Shown here one piece after another: positions 1-30,282 of a stretch of 64,000 bases of DNA (positions within the stretch are counted from its first letter, which is position 1; every line of letters begins with the position of its first letter). Source of the DNA: the human T2T-CHM13v2.0 reference genome, Homo sapiens; the NCBI RefSeq assembly GCF_009914755.1, contig NC_060939.1; one strand, given 5' to 3'. The position numbers were made by a program, and so were the translations under genes. The notes beneath the pieces were generated by a model. The model saw only the letters and a list, made by a program, of their open reading frames with translations. It was not told where the DNA came from and searched no databases.

Positions 1-2
1 AA

Positions 3-170
<168 letters not shown>

Positions 171-490
171 TCACTCGCAGCTCCGACAGCCTCGCCCCAC
201 CTCAGAAACTCAACTCCATTTTCCACCTCTCACGTAAGGAAAAACAACTTTCACTTCAAACACCAGTCCTCCTGTGAAAGCACGTGGTGGCTGCGCCTGA
301 GGCGGCCGCCACACCCACCAGGCTGCGAGGATGCTTGGGGACAGCAGACGCTCACTGAAGGCCACACACGGACAAGGGCCTCCACCTGCCTGCATCTTCT
401 CACTTAGCAGACTTTAAAATATTTCACTACAAGTACATAGGATTTTTAACAAAAGAAAATTATTTTCTTATTTCAAGAATGAACTCCAAG

Positions 491-1513
<1,023 letters not shown>

Positions 1514-2280
1514 TCACCAGGAGCATGTCCAGCATGGCCCATGGTTGAAGGCCCGTCTCCCACTACCTCATATCTGGACAAAGGCCATGGCCAGGGGCAA
1601 GGAGGCCCATGCCTGAAGGAGGCCTCCAAGCTGGTTCCAGCTCCTCACGCCACCCCAATGCTGTGCAACGAGCCATCAGAGGCTCTGCCCACACAAATGG
1701 CATGGCCATGCCACAGCCACAGAGAGTGGAAGGTGACTGCCCTTACCATCTCCTGGGCACCACAAGGGATGTGTGAGGACTGACGCACAAGGAACTCAGG
1801 GGCTTCCCACTCACGGTGCTCAGAAGACAGACCGGCTGGGCGGCTCCCCAGTCGCTCACCATGAGACACACCCTTTTCCAAACACTTTCCCTTCCATGAA
1901 CTTTATATTTTGAAAGACTGCCCTTCCATCTAGGTCCACAGTCCTGATCCCCAGAACAAAGCTGTTCAATCAATACTTCCTTTCCCCACTTCATCTGGGT
2001 CAGAGGCTGTGTCACACAAAAGGCCAGGCCACAGGGCTCCCGCAAGGCAGCTCACGGGCATGGCCACCTCACAGGGCCTGCACTACGAAGGCCTGGGGAA
2101 GGTCCAGGTTCATCCATCTCCCTGGTCCAGGCTGAGTCCCCGGGTCCCAGCCAGCACCCATGCAAAGTAGGAACGTGACTGGTTCTAGTGCCTGAGCTCT
2201 CAATTCCAGTCTGACACCAAGAAACTGGTTAGTTACTTGTATTAATCTCTAAAGCTTTACCCCAGGAAACATGATTTCTC

Positions 2281-2465
2281 TTTTTTTTTTTTTTATTTGG
2301 AGACAGGGTCTTGCTACGTGGCCAGGCTGGAATGCAGTGGTGCAATCCATAGCTCAATGCAGCCACAAATTTCTGTGGTAAAGCAATCCTCCCGCATCAG
2401 CCACCACACCAGGCTAAGTTTTCTCATTTTTGTAGAGACTGGGGTCTTGCTATTTTGCCCAGGCC
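2281..2465 (-). mobile_element. Degenerate Alu fragment
   Basis: T tail followed by gagacagggtcttgct. Confidence 0.75.
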
Positions 2466-2540
2466 CAGAAACTTGATTTCAAATACAATACTAAAAACAG
2501 TCCCGGCCTCTCCGCCACCTCCTCTGAGGACCCCCGGTCA

Positions 2541-2747
<207 letters not shown>

Positions 2748-2985
2748 TCAAACAACTCCATGTTATCTCCCGCAAGCAAAAAAAAACCTTTAGCAGAGAT
2801 GACACAAGGGCTGTGTGCTGGGTGCCTGCTCCTCCTCGCTCAGCCCCAAGCCATGCAGCATGGACATGAGTGGGGAGGGGTCACCGGGGCCTTGCACTAG
2901 GGACAGGACCAGCTGGGCATAGCTGCAGGTAAAGCCACCTCATCAACCCTGTGAGCCCTTCAGTGGGATCCAGGGGGAAAGTGTC

Positions 2986-3275
<290 letters not shown>

Positions 3276-3324
3276 TTACCTAAAAATGTTCTTCTCAAAA
3301 GGAGACATAAAAACAGGACTTCTG

Positions 3325-3645
<321 letters not shown>

Positions 3646-4317
3646 TTAGGATAAAAACCAATGTCCAGGCTGCAGCATTAGAGGCACACTCAGGGAGGTC
3701 TGTCTAACGCAAAAATGAGACAGATTAAAAGAGCCCACACTCGAACTCCATCCTTTCATGGAGTTAACAGCAAAAGTGGTACTATTTCCTCCAATACCTC
3801 GCAGCACCCCAGCCAAGACAGCAGGGATCCTGTTCTGAGCAAGAGGTGGACAACGGAGGACTTGATGAGAACACGGGACAGACACACGGAGGGCAGAGAG
3901 CGCACCCACCGGTGGCCGGTCAAGGTGGCCGGGTGTCACCCAGGATGGGCTTGCCTGGCACAGGGCACCCGCCACCTTCCCCCCACGTCATGGTCTGCAA
4001 GGGCCATTTCTAGTATTTATCAATGCCTGTGTCTCAACTCAGGCACCAGATTACATTCGCCTGTTTCCAACCCCGCATGGGTTGAAAAGATTTTCTGTTC
4101 ATGTCTCAGGGCCAGCCCGGGCTCCTCAGTTTATACCCTTGTAGGGACCACGCCCTGTGGAGCGAGCTCAGGCCAGGGACGTACAGCCACCGCCACAGAG
4201 GGCAGGACGAGTCACCGTCTGGGTGCACCAAGGGACGGGGTAGGGGGTGGTCAGGCGGGCGGAAGCATTCTAGACGGTGTTAGTGGTGTTAGGACATGCC
4301 AGGCCGGATGCTGCTCA

Positions 4318-4884
<567 letters not shown>

Positions 4885-4932
4885 CTAGACACGGACAGAC
4901 AGGAGGGAGAGGCAGGAGAGAGACGTTAGTCA
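4885..4932 (-). promoter_or_regulatory. Branch point and polypyrimidine tract of exon 16a
   Basis: Sense strand TGACTAAC (branch A at 4926, -42) then GTCTCTCTCCTGCCTCTCCCTCCTGTCTGTCCGTGTCTAG with no earlier AG. Confidence 0.8.
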
Positions 4933-5629
4933 CTCGACACACACACCCCAGGCAGGGACACGGGACGCACGCAGAGGGAGGCAGGGAGGGTGGCTGGCAC
5001 CACGCACAGGCCGAGGGCCGTCCCCCTGACCCTCCTGCAGAGCCAGCAGCGTGCATTGCTGGTGACTTTCCAGAAGAGTGGCAGAAGAGATTAAAAGCCT
5101 CCGGCAGAGATGAGGGAGAAGACCAGCCCCAGGACGGAGGACAGACGCAGCGGTGTGGATTAAACCGGGTGTGAAAGTCGTGAGAAGCACCTCGGGGAGG
5201 CCTGAACACACCAGGAGAGAGGACAGTGGGCAGCTTAGGACCATGACACACGCAAGCAGCACCTCACAGTTTCCCACGCCCCATCTACAGTCATTTGCAG
5301 ACCCAACGTAAAAATTATACAGACATTCAAACACCCATCAAGAAACACAGAATGAATACAGACACGTGGACTTGTGCCCACATTTTTGGGATGGGAGTTG
5401 AAATGGAGTCAGACTCCTTTTTAGTGCACATGACACATCTGACAATCAAGGCACGTCTCCTCACGCTCCCAACTCACTTGGGTGGGAAACAGAGGAGCAG
5501 CAGAAACCACAGGCGCCACTTTCTCTGCCTGAGCAGGCAGCGAGGACCTCATTTAACCCGGGCCTCACCAGCCCCACCCGCTCACAGCTCAGGGTGGGTC
5601 CCCCCAGGGAGAGGTGCAGGCGGGGCTCA

Positions 5630-5809
<180 letters not shown>

Positions 5810-6469
5810 TCAGCAAGGCCCAGAGGCCGAGACCTCCAGCCTCACAATCACACCATCTCCTCACCCAACTACAAGGCTCTCAGAACAGCCCCCATGAAAA
5901 TACAAATTCCTCTGGGGGCCATGGAGGGATGTGGTAATGGACCAGCTCAACAGGAAAGTTAAAAAGGAGTCTGCCTTCTGGAGAGTATTACTACCCCCAG
6001 AAGACTGCCCTGAGCTCCAGTTCGCATCTGTTAGCCCAGGGCAGCAGTGAGGTGGCTCTGAGTCATGCTGTGGGCAGGGAGAGGGCAGAACACAGCCTCC
6101 GCACGGAGCAGAGCTGGGCCCCGCCTGCCCGCAGCTGGCTGTCCCCAGTAACCAACAGGAATGTGAAGTCACCCACATGACCAGAGCCTGGCCATGTCTC
6201 TCGACTGGTTTGGAACACAGCCTCATCACCAACAGGGCTCCACCGTGCAGAGACCCCCATAAGGCACCATGCATGAACCACAGGCACCGCGAGCCTGGGA
6301 TAAATGCACCTTGTCCCGGGGTCCTCAGACTCCCTAGACACTCGGCAGCTGACTTACTGTCCATTGTTTGGGTTAATAATTGGACCCATGCATTACTTTT
6401 AGAGGTAATTCACCAAGAGGGCATCTGAAGGTTGAAGATAAATATATTGAAATCATTTTTGAGAATTTA

Positions 6470-6745
<276 letters not shown>

Positions 6746-7594
6746 TTAGGGATGGCACCAAGCCTCCTCTGCCTGGCACATGCCGGGGGCTGCTCCTCCT
6801 CGCCCACAGCACCTTACGCCCTCCCGCGTTCGTGCCCTGCAGCTGCCCTGCCCCAAAACGTCTTCTCCAAAGCCATAGTCAATGGAACTGTGCCCGCATC
6901 TGACTCCCCATCAGACCATGAGCACCTGGAGGACAGGGATGCATCTGACTCGAAACACACATGCATCCACCCCAGCACACCCTCCTGTGATGGAATTCAA
7001 ATAGGAAAGAAGAAAAAGACTCAGGAAAGCAGGCATAATATTACTAGAAAAAGAAGTTACAAGAGGTTGTAGTCCAAATCCCATATTGTTCACAACAAAG
7101 GCGCAGTGAACTACCATTCACAGAAAAAGCCTGGAAGACTCTGATGGAACATAATTACATGACAAAGAGCTTCCAAAGGAATTCCTGGGACAGAAAAATG
7201 GTGCCAGGGCTCATTATTTCCCTGTTTCCAGACAGTAATTTTGTCATGACAGTGTGCTTTATTACTTTCTGAATAAACAATTGAAGGTCACAAACCAAGT
7301 ATGACCTTTACAATTGCATGAGCTTTCTTACGGCTTTTGCAGTTTATAAATATTTCTACAGCCAACTTCATGATAGCTATGTGAGGCCTAGAAATCTCTC
7401 TGAAAGCAGCAAGTGAGGCAGAGCAAGACACACTTACCCCAAGTCCACCCTGCCGTGTGGATGTCTGACATATAAGACACCAAAGTGGAACATTTAATAG
7501 CACCAGTGAAACATAATTCACTTCTTTTTATCTTTTAACTAGAACGCTGTACCTAAGACTAATACATTTGGGAAAATCTTAACAACCCTTCTTT

Positions 7595-8216
<622 letters not shown>

Positions 8217-8939
8217 TGAAGTTCACTTAGCAAGAACACAAATGTGTTTCCCCAAGGCTTCACACAGTCTCCCTCTATCACTTTCTAGTTTTATTCACAC
8301 CTTTTGAGTTCCTCATTATGGCTTTATAAACAGCCTGATTCATGGGTAAATGAAGACGTGTCTGACAAGTACTTGAAACATGGCTTATATGATTTGGTGC
8401 TTTTCTTTTTCATGAAATTTTCAGGTGGAAAAGTTGACAGTCTGCTTTTAATTCATCCTTCTATAATGTAAAGAATTTCCAAATAGACTGCTTTCATGTA
8501 AGACTCATGGTCTATATGCAATTAAAATAATGAAAATTTTAGAAAGGAAAAAGTCTGGAAGAAAACGCACCCAGATGCTCAGCGCCATCTCTGTGATGGC
8601 GCCGCAGGCACTGTGCCTTCCTAATGCCATGCTTGTGTTTTCAGCATGCTTACTTTGGAAAACTGATGATTTTATATTGTTTTTCCAATCAACAAAAAAG
8701 AAAAGTTCTATTTAAAAAACCAAACGAGGAAAAACCCATTTAAGTGAACATAACAATCCTACATATTCACACTTACAGGAAGAAGGAAAAGGCAAGTTAA
8801 CAGCAAACTGAGAGCTTTAGATGCACGCATTAGAAAACTAAAAAGGATAAAAATCATAATACTTATCAAACATTCATCACTAATTTATAGAAAACAGCAA
8901 AACAAACCCCCCCAAAATCGAAGAAAAATAACTAAAAGC

Positions 8940-9640
<701 letters not shown>

Positions 9641-9649
9641 GACAGAAGC

Positions 9650-12600
<2,951 letters not shown>

Positions 12601-12647
12601 TGAGAATTTACTATGAAAAACCTTATGTCAAAAAATCAGAAAATTTT

Positions 12648-12995
12648 GGCTGGGCGCAGTGGCTCACACCTGCAATCCCAGCACTTTCGGAGGCTGAGGC
12701 GGGTGGATTGCTTGAGCTCAGGAGTTTGAGACGAACCCGGGCAACTTGGTGACACCCCATCTCTACCAAAAATATAAAAATTAGCCAGGTGTGGTGGCAT
12801 GCACCTATAGTTTCAGCTAATGGGGAGGCTGAGGTGGGAGGATTGCTTGAGTCCAGGAGGCTGAGGCCAAAACAGTGGTTTTTAACATTTTTATTACTTT
12901 TCACTGTTGTAGTGTTATTTTTTCTTTCTGAACATTTTTGACCCAAGGTTGGTTCATGGAGGTGGAACCCAAGAACACTGAGGGCCAACTGTATG
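12648..12995 (+). mobile_element. 3'-truncated Alu followed by a MER2/MER8-type Tigger end
   Basis: Alu consensus to about 12867, then ...gagggccaactgta terminus. Confidence 0.6.
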
Positions 12996-13800
12996 AGACT
13001 TCTGTCAATTCTCCTGTCATGATCCATAGGATTGTTCATATCCTGATTAAAATCCTCACTGTGGGATGGGAAAAGCTGATTCTAAAATGAATATGAAACT
13101 ACAGTGGGGAAGAATAGCCAAGGAAGTCTAGGAGACAGAAAGACGTGCTTTCTCATACACAGTAGATGACTACAAAGCTACAGAGTGGTGCTGGGATACC
13201 GACAGCAACTGACACTGGGTTAGAGCAGAGCAGAAACACAGCCACACATGCATTGTCACGTGACCAGCTACAAAGGTGGCAGCGTGAGGGTTGGACGGAA
13301 TTGTTTCAAAAATGAATTTCAGGTGAATTTCGCATCTCAGTGTGAAAGCAGAGTGAAGTATCCAGAAAGCAATGCAGAATACCTTCACGACCTGAGAGTA
13401 TGCAAAGATTTCTCAAACAGCACAGGAAAAGCACAGCTATGAAAGAAAAGATACCAGTTGATGCTGGAATGAAGAGCTGCCCATGGAAAGGCTCACGAGG
13501 GGAGTGCAGCGCCTGCCTCACAGGAGAGCAAGACAGCTCTTCTCTCTCAGCAGGGGCCACATCTCTTTCACCTCCCTTCCCCGCACCCGACACTGCTCTC
13601 CATCCAGACGCAGGTCCAGGAGTCCAGATTCGCACCCAGGGAGCTTCAGTGCAGACCCAGGACCGACAACCACTGTTTCTCTAATGCGTTCTACTCTGAC
13701 TACTCTGCCAGATGGAAAGGGGTGCCCACACAGAAGCAATGAGTAAACAGGCAGTTTTGTTCATGTTTTTGCTTTTGACAGAGAAGATGGTGTGAAGCTA

Positions 13801-15520
<1,720 letters not shown>

Positions 15521-15703
15521 GCGACTTAAAGAAAATCACAATGGTACAAATTTAATTCTATCAAGATTTTTTTTAAAAAGGAGGCCCTTCATTTATTACA
15601 CACATAAATGAAATGTACTTAAAATCACCTTGGAAACATATCTACTGATAGATATTCTCGTCTTTCTAGGGCCAAAGATAAAAAGCCCAAAGACCAAAAG
15701 TTA

Positions 15704-16416
<713 letters not shown>

Positions 16417-16779
16417 TTACACGCGTGGGCTTGGCGCACTTCCACTAGGCCGGGGAAGGGCAACACACAAGTCACGTGGGTTTGCTTCTATCATATAACC
16501 ACCCCCTAAATTTAAACATGTGACCTATGGGGAGGAAGGGGCACCGTGGAGAAGGCAGGCTTCTTTGAATATACCTTTTTATAGATGTGATATTAGAACC
16601 ACACAAATATTTTATATATTTAGGACACAGAATTAAATGAGATCGGAAATGCAATGCCTAGAAGTCAAAAGCAAAATGAAACAATGGCGGGAACCTGCAT
16701 GGAGCTCACAGCATGACCACTGAGAGGACCCTGAGCAGCTCTAAACACCACGGTGTGACTTAAAATCCTCTGAGTGAGG

Positions 16780-18253
<1,474 letters not shown>

Positions 18254-18307
18254 ACTGTACTCCGAAAAAAACTGATTTGTTACCTTAGACAATGCCAGAG
18301 AAACAAT

Positions 18308-18825
18308 TACAGTCAGATGCCACCTAAGGATGCTCCAGTCAACAAGACCACACACATGATGGTGCTCCCATAAAATCTTAACGTAGTGGAAAAATTCCTA
18401 CTGCCTAGTGATGTCCTGATGATCCTGACCCCGTGTAGGCCTAGGCTAATGTGTGTGTTTGGGTCTTCATTTTTAACGAAAAAGCTCAAAAGGAAAAAAA
18501 CAAAAACTTTTTGGTAGAAAAATAATTTACAGAATAAGGAGATAAAGAAAAAATATTTTTGCACAGGTATAGAGTGTGTTTGTGTTTTAAGCAAAGTGTT
18601 GTTACAAAAGCCAAAAAGCTCTTTTTAAAAGTAAAAAGTTTATAAAGTAAAAAAGTTACAGTAAGCTAAGGCTAATTCGTTATTAAAGAAAGAAAAAGCC
18701 TTTTAAAAAATTTAGCACAGCCTAAGCACACAGTGTTCATAAAGGCCACAGCAGTGCACAGTACTGTCCTAGGCCTCCCACTCGCTCGCCACTCACTCAC
18801 TGACTCACCCAGGACAGCCTCCTTG
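18308..18825 (+). mobile_element. Tigger3b-like DNA transposon fragment
   Basis: tacagtcagatgcc terminus; aaaagttacagtaagctaagg and cactcactgactcacc internal motifs. Confidence 0.65.
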
Positions 18826-19528
18826 TCTGACATGCCCAAACGCTTGCCAGGGGTCTGTGTTAGAAGCAGCAGGTGCCCCAACATACCTGGACTACTGGGT
18901 TGTCAGTCAGTTTGGTTACATGATGATGACTGGTAACCATGGGGGGTGGGGGACAGGGTGCTCATCGTCCTGCAGTGGGTGGGGCCAACATCCACAGAGT
19001 TGTCCCCGCTAAGGTTAATGGTCCTCCTGAGACCCTTGAGGGACTAACCAGTTCAGCAAAGCAGCCTGCGTATATGCCCTAAAACCCGCAGTCCCTGCCA
19101 GCAATTTGCAGCACAGACATGCCAGCAGTGCTGGCTCGGAGTCAACCTGGGTGAGTGAGGAGAATGGGAGTGGCCAAAATGACAACATGGCAAACCCAGC
19201 TGCAAAGCTGGAAGGAACTAAAGAGAAAGCACCTGTTCTCTGCACCCAACTCCAGGCCCACCTCCTGGACACATGGACCCAATGCCCCTGGGACGTCTTC
19301 TGACAGCCACCCAGAGGCTCCTGCTCACCTCTGGCCTCAGGACTTCTTCCCTTCTAGGCTTACAGGGGCCCCAGGTCAGAATCACCCTTTCCTTTCCCAG
19401 TGTCCTCCCTTCTCTCCAACCATCTTTCGAGTTGCTTGGAATCACAGTACTAGACTAGGAAATGCCACTTAATCAATTAATTATCTCATCTCTGTCCTTT
19501 CTCTTGGGATCCCTATAATGTTTTTCTG

Positions 19529-19566
<38 letters not shown>

Positions 19567-19634
19567 TTTTGTACAGCTGAACAGAGAGAACACTAGTTTC
19601 ACTGCCTTGTCAATTATAATGGGTGCTTTTGAAG

Positions 19635-20422
<788 letters not shown>

Positions 20423-20685
20423 AGACTGAGATGCAACTTCGTTTGTCAAAATCATGGCTGAATGGTGACTGCAGGTTGGCTACGGGCACAGTGCTTGGCA
20501 AAAGTCAATGAAAGCCTCCCCTGAGGCTCAGATGGCTCTGTAGAGTCTGCAGTGGGGAGGAGTGCCTGCCAGCATCTGGAACTGTGCTGAGGATCTTTAT
20601 AGTTCTTCACAGAGTAAGATGGTACACAGTTTAGGATTTAGGGCCACATTGTCTGCAGATGTCACATCTGACACACTGTCAGTCT

Positions 20686-21014
<329 letters not shown>

Positions 21015-21034
21015 TAAACATAAAGACTATCACC

Positions 21035-21535
<501 letters not shown>

Positions 21536-21653
21536 TAATTCCAGGCTGAGAATGTTAACAGTGTTATCTCTAGACAAATAAGCAGGATGTTTGAAAACCG
21601 CACAATGAGGACACTGCCGAAAGCTCAAACCAGGCAGCTTTCCTCTCCTCCTA

Positions 21654-21752
<99 letters not shown>

Positions 21753-21933
21753 TCAAAGAACAAAAAAATAGAGTCATTATGTATATTTAGTCACCAAATA
21801 CATAAGCACAAGGAAACTGACTAATGCTAATAATTACTTCGGCTTGAATGCTACCTCTGCAAATGATTCATTACAAAAAAAAAACTATAAGTAACTTCTA
21901 CATTCGCTTTGAGAGGAACAAAATACAATTTAA

Positions 21934-22652
<719 letters not shown>

Positions 22653-22654
22653 AA

Positions 22655-24092
22655 CTGCATTTCTATATACTAGCAACAATCAGAATACAAAAACTTAAAG
22701 AGAAATACTTTGCAACAGCATCCAAAAAAAAATGCATCAGTAAATCTAACAAAAAATGTGCAAGACCTCTAAACAAAAGTACTACCCCGAAAATTCTAGA
22801 AAAAGTTCTCAGTAAATGGAGAAATGATCATGTTTGTGCCTAGGAAGGCTTCAAATTTTTTAAATGTCCATTCTCTCAAAATAGATCTATAATCAATCCC
22901 AGTCAATATTCCAGAAGAAAAAAAATGGTTTTGGGGGGATAGTGTGTATAAATCAGGAAATCAATTCTAACGTGCATCTCCAAAGGTGAAGGGATGATAT
23001 CTGAGACTATCCTGAAGGACAAAACTGGAAGACACACCCTTCCAGATTAGGAGTCTTGTTAGAAAGCTCCAACAATTAAGGCAGTGTGGCCCTGGAGCAG
23101 GGATGGAGGCTTGTGGACAGGACAGAGAACCTGGACAGAGCCACAGACAGATTCATGACCTTAGCAGCACTGCAGAACAATGGGCTTTGCAATAAATGGG
23201 CAGGCCCAACTGGGAAGCCATACTGGGAAAGATCCAAGGACACGAAACCCCTACCTCCTACCACGCGCAGAAGTCAGTTCCAGGGGGATTAGATCTAGGT
23301 GAAAAAGGAGACAGAATGCTTCTAGAAGCTAACACAGCAGAAACGTCTCATGAGCTGGATGGCTGCAAAGATTTATTTAGGTGGACATTAATGAAAAGAT
23401 TCATATATGAGACTACATGAAAATGACAAACTTCTGTTCAGCAAATGACACCATCGAGAACGCGAAAAGGCTACTGGAGGCAGGAGGAGGAAGGGAATAT
23501 ACTGGTCAAAGCGTATAAAGTTTCAATTCCGCAGCATAGTTAAGTTCTGAAGACCTCATCTATGGCACAGTAGCTATGGTTAATAACAATGCATTGAATG
23601 CTTAAAATATGCTAAAAGAGTAGATCTTAAGTGTTCTCATCACAAAATAAAAAAAATGGTGTGTTAGGTAATGGACATGTTAAATTAGCTTGAATTCATC
23701 ATTTCACAATGTGTATGTGTATCAAAACATCACACCATATACCATAAACATACAATTTTTACTTGTCAATTACACCTTGATAAAGCTGGGAAAAAGTGAA
23801 AGGGTAGGCCTCTTAGGGGAGAATACATGTATATTAAAATGTAAGGCCAGGTGCAGTGGCTCAGGCCTGTAATCTTGGCACTTTGAGAGGCCAGGGCTGG
23901 AGGACTGCTTGAGGCCAGGAGTTCGAGACCAGCCTGGGCAACATAGGGAGATCTCGTTGCTACTAAAAGTTTAAAAACTAGCCAAGCATGATGGTAAGCA
24001 CCTGTAGTCCCAGCTACTTGAGAGGCTGGGGTGGGAGAAATCACCAAGGCCTGCTACACTCCAGCCTGGATGACAGAGCGAGGGCCTGTCTC

Positions 24093-24123
<31 letters not shown>

Positions 24124-24650
24124 CTCACTTGTGTCCAACAAAGGACATGTATCCAGAATATATAAAGAACTGTAAATCAATAGGGAAAAAAGAGCAAAAC
24201 ACTTGAAGTGGCACATCACGAAGGGAACACGCTAATAACATGGAAAGCCATTAGGGAAACATGAACGAAACACTAGCCAATACAATGAAACACTAGCCAA
24301 TACAATCTCAATGCTGTACGCATCCTCAGGATATCCCCCCACCCCAAAAAGGCAGTGCTAAGTACTGATGTGGCACCAGCGGCGCATTCTCTCACTGCTG
24401 ATGGGAACGGAGATCAGGACAGCTGTGCTGGAGCGTCATCAGGCTGCAGGTAACTACTGACACTGAAAACAGATCAGGCCTGTGACCCCCGGTCCCTCTC
24501 CTGGGTATGCACCCAACAGAGGACAGTCGACCAGAGCTGCACTGTTTGGACGCGCCAAAACTTGGGAACATCCGAGAGCCCGCCAACATTGGAACGGATA
24601 AGTTACGGTGTAGTCATCAGATAGAAAACTACACCACAACCGAAAGCTAC
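22655..24650 (+). mobile_element. Degraded L1 relics plus an Alu (23844-24123)
   Basis: L1 ORF2 and 3' motifs, e.g. gagtagatcttaagtgttctcatcac. Confidence 0.6.
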
Positions 24651-24925
24651 AAGCTGTAGCTACGGGCTTCCTCCAGGATGCACCTCACAAACAAGAGGCT
24701 GGTGACAGCAGCTGGACGCAGAAGAGTACAAATAGCACAATTCCATCTGTATAAAGCTCCACCCAGGCAAAACCAGCACAGGGCAAAAGGAAAGAGAAAG
24801 CGCGGTCACCTCTGCAGACGGGAGAACGTGCATGCCCCAGACTCCACCCAGCCCCAGCGTTTCCTGATATAGATCACAGTCACACAGGGGCTCACTTCCC
24901 CAAAATTCAAAGTGCACACAAATCA

Positions 24926-25129
<204 letters not shown>

Positions 25130-25312
25130 TTACACTGTTACAGCTGATGACTTTGAAGGCACAATTTGAAATAGATCACAAAGATCTATCTTTAGGCTGC
25201 TTGTCTGGTGCTTGAAATGCATCATTTTATCCTCAGTGAAACTGGGATACAAAGCGGGGCTGGGCTTCCAGGTCAGTCGCTAAAAGCGGAAAAAACAAAT
25301 CCTCTCCCCTAG

Positions 25313-26803
<1,491 letters not shown>

Positions 26804-27027
26804 CTGAGAATCCTTGACCCGGACCTCCTGGCCAGCACCTTCTCCCAGGGTCAGTGTGTGACACACTCATGGGGTGTGTTGAGAGCCTGTTGTGCAGGCT
26901 GTGTGCAAGGGCAGGACGCTGTTCACACATGACAGCATGCAAATAAGACACAGCTGTCAAAAGGATTCTAGATAAAGCACAGCCTATTGACAAGAGTAAG
27001 GCTGTCCCTCGGCAGTGCCACGGGCTA

Positions 27028-27195
<168 letters not shown>

Positions 27196-27237
27196 TCATG
27201 CATGGGCCCGGCGCCCGGCCGGCTGCTTGGCCCATCA

Positions 27238-27462
<225 letters not shown>

Positions 27463-28094
27463 CTACAGTCATCTGCAGAAATGTGGGTCAATCTCAGAAG
27501 CCACCTATGATTTCAGCCTTTTCAGGCGTCTCTGGCCCTGCACTCCAGGTCAGTCTTCTGCCAACTTAGACGTGTCTTGCACAGGCTGGGACAGCTCTCC
27601 ACCCTGCTGGTCACAGCTGACGGCTCCCTGCAGGGTCCCTGCACACTGGTCTCTGCCCTATACTGGTGGACGCCCACCTCATCTAGGGGGCACAGGGCTC
27701 CTGGACCCCGAGTCTGAGAAGGGCCACTGCCATCTCCGTGACTCCCACAAGCCCTGCCATGAAGCCGGCCAGCACTGCTGAGGTTCTCTGCTGGGAACCC
27801 TCTGGACCACACCTCCCCAGGCCACCTCAGGGACCACTGGTGTCCAAGGTCCTGAGACAGAGCCCTGGCCTGCCACCAATTTGTAGCTACACCCGTACGT
27901 GAGGCCCAACAATACAATACTGCAAGGCCATGCTAAGCCTGCGAGGTCTGGCAGGGCAGGGTGAAGGTGGGGGTGTGAGGATTCTGATCATCTAGGACTG
28001 TCCCGCAAGAAAGTTCAGTGGAAACGGCCCACATAAGGATAGGTCTGTGCAACCCAGAACCTTGGGGGTTTAGTTTTAAGAGTTACCAAGGCAA

Positions 28095-28578
28095 AGGCTG
28101 ATAACCTACACCAACATTCACTTCCTCCCCTTCCTCCTTAGGAACGAGCCCTGCATTTCTGTGGAACACACATTCCAGGGAGCCCCACACATTCCGTGTG
28201 CCTCGCCCACCCTGCAGCTAGCTGTGGCCAAGTGACCAAGGACTAGGCCATGAGATATAATGCAAGATACTGACAAGCACTCAAAGTTTACTCATGAGGA
28301 AGCATGGAGCCCATCTTTCCCCACTTTCTGCCTGCTGACTGGAATGGAGAAATGACAGCTGGAGCTTAAGCAACCATTTAGGACCAGGAGGCAACACCTG
28401 AAGCGGAGCCACAGGACCACAGGAGCCCTGGGTCCCGTAGAGCCTCGATCAGCTGCAGACCACCCAATTCAGGACTTTTCAGGAGACAGAGAAATAAACT
28501 GCAATCTTTTTAAAGCCACTGTTATTTATCTGGGCTTTAAACAATTGCATACAGTTAAATGTAATATTAACTGATACA
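28095..28578 (+). mobile_element. MLT1 (J/I-like) MaLR LTR relic
   Basis: ctgcagctagctgtggcc...gaaataaactg...aagccactg...ctgataca. Confidence 0.6.
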
Positions 28579-28611
28579 GTAACATTCCTTGCCTTTTTAA
28601 ACATGTTTCCA

Positions 28612-29228
<617 letters not shown>

Positions 29229-30282
29229 TGATTTGAGTAGCTGCTGAGGTGGCGGGTGGGGAGACTAAGGAAAGGGTCAAGGATACTGTTTTCTATTTTC
29301 CTCAAGCCTCACCATAACCATATGAGTTATCTTGGCATTGACACTTAAAAGAGGTTATACTAGTAGCCACGAGCAGGTGCCAAAAGAGCTAGATGCGTGT
29401 GTGTGTGGTGGGGGTCTTGGGAGGGGTGGGGGTGATGGTCTGGGAAGGTTAACCAACAGGGGTCCCAGATAGAGGTCAGAGGAAGAGGCAGCAGTAAGAG
29501 CTACGGAACTGCCCCAGGCCCACTCTTTGGTGCTCAGGGGAACCTGGAGGTGGTGAAGACGCTAGAGGGGAAACCCTCCTTCCCCCAGCTTTGCACACAG
29601 CAGCCCCATCTGTAAACTGTTTTACAGACTAGGCTTTAGAATAAAGGTGCTAGTGCTAAAAGGAAAAAAAAAACAACAACACACACACACAACTTTTAAA
29701 TACTTTTAAATATTGAAAACCACCTCCCCCATTTCCCTGACAAAGCCAAAACGGCGGCTGAGAAGGCTGCTTAAAATCACACAGCTACTGGATTGGGCGG
29801 CTGGGACCAGGAGCCCACTCCGACCAGTGAGTCTCGATGCTAGATTCCCACAGATGCTGTTATCAAACAGGGACCCTTCAGACTTCTGCCCCAAGAGGGG
29901 CTCACAGGTCAACTCCAGAGACCTTTCTCTAGTTCTGAAGATCTAGACTTCTGTGCAGAGCTGATGATTTTAGGTGATAAATGGAACACTGCATTATTTC
30001 ACATGAATGAGGCTTAAAATTCTGCCTGACCTAGCTTGACTCCTACTGCTGCCTCATTTTGTCCCAAGTGGGTTTTTTAAATAAAGACATAGCAACAGTT
30101 GTATGATTTAAAATGCAACATAACTAGAGCATATTCAGATGCAAAGTAAGGTCTCTTCGAATTTAATTTTAGAGCTAAGATGCCTTACTTAGCAGAGGAA
30201 ATTGAAATTAGCATCTCATTCCAGCAAAACATGTCTTCAAAAGCACTGAGCACAGATGAAGCAGAGCAAGAGCATCAGGAGA

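Noticed and set aside
5525-5540. ctgcctgagcag shared between intron 15 and exon 16a as a docker-selector element
   Set aside because: Direct repeat with only ~8 bp possible pairing; too short to distinguish from chance.
24267-24306. 20-bp tandem duplication (similar 25-bp one near 63038)
   Set aside because: Simple slippage inside decayed transposon sequence.
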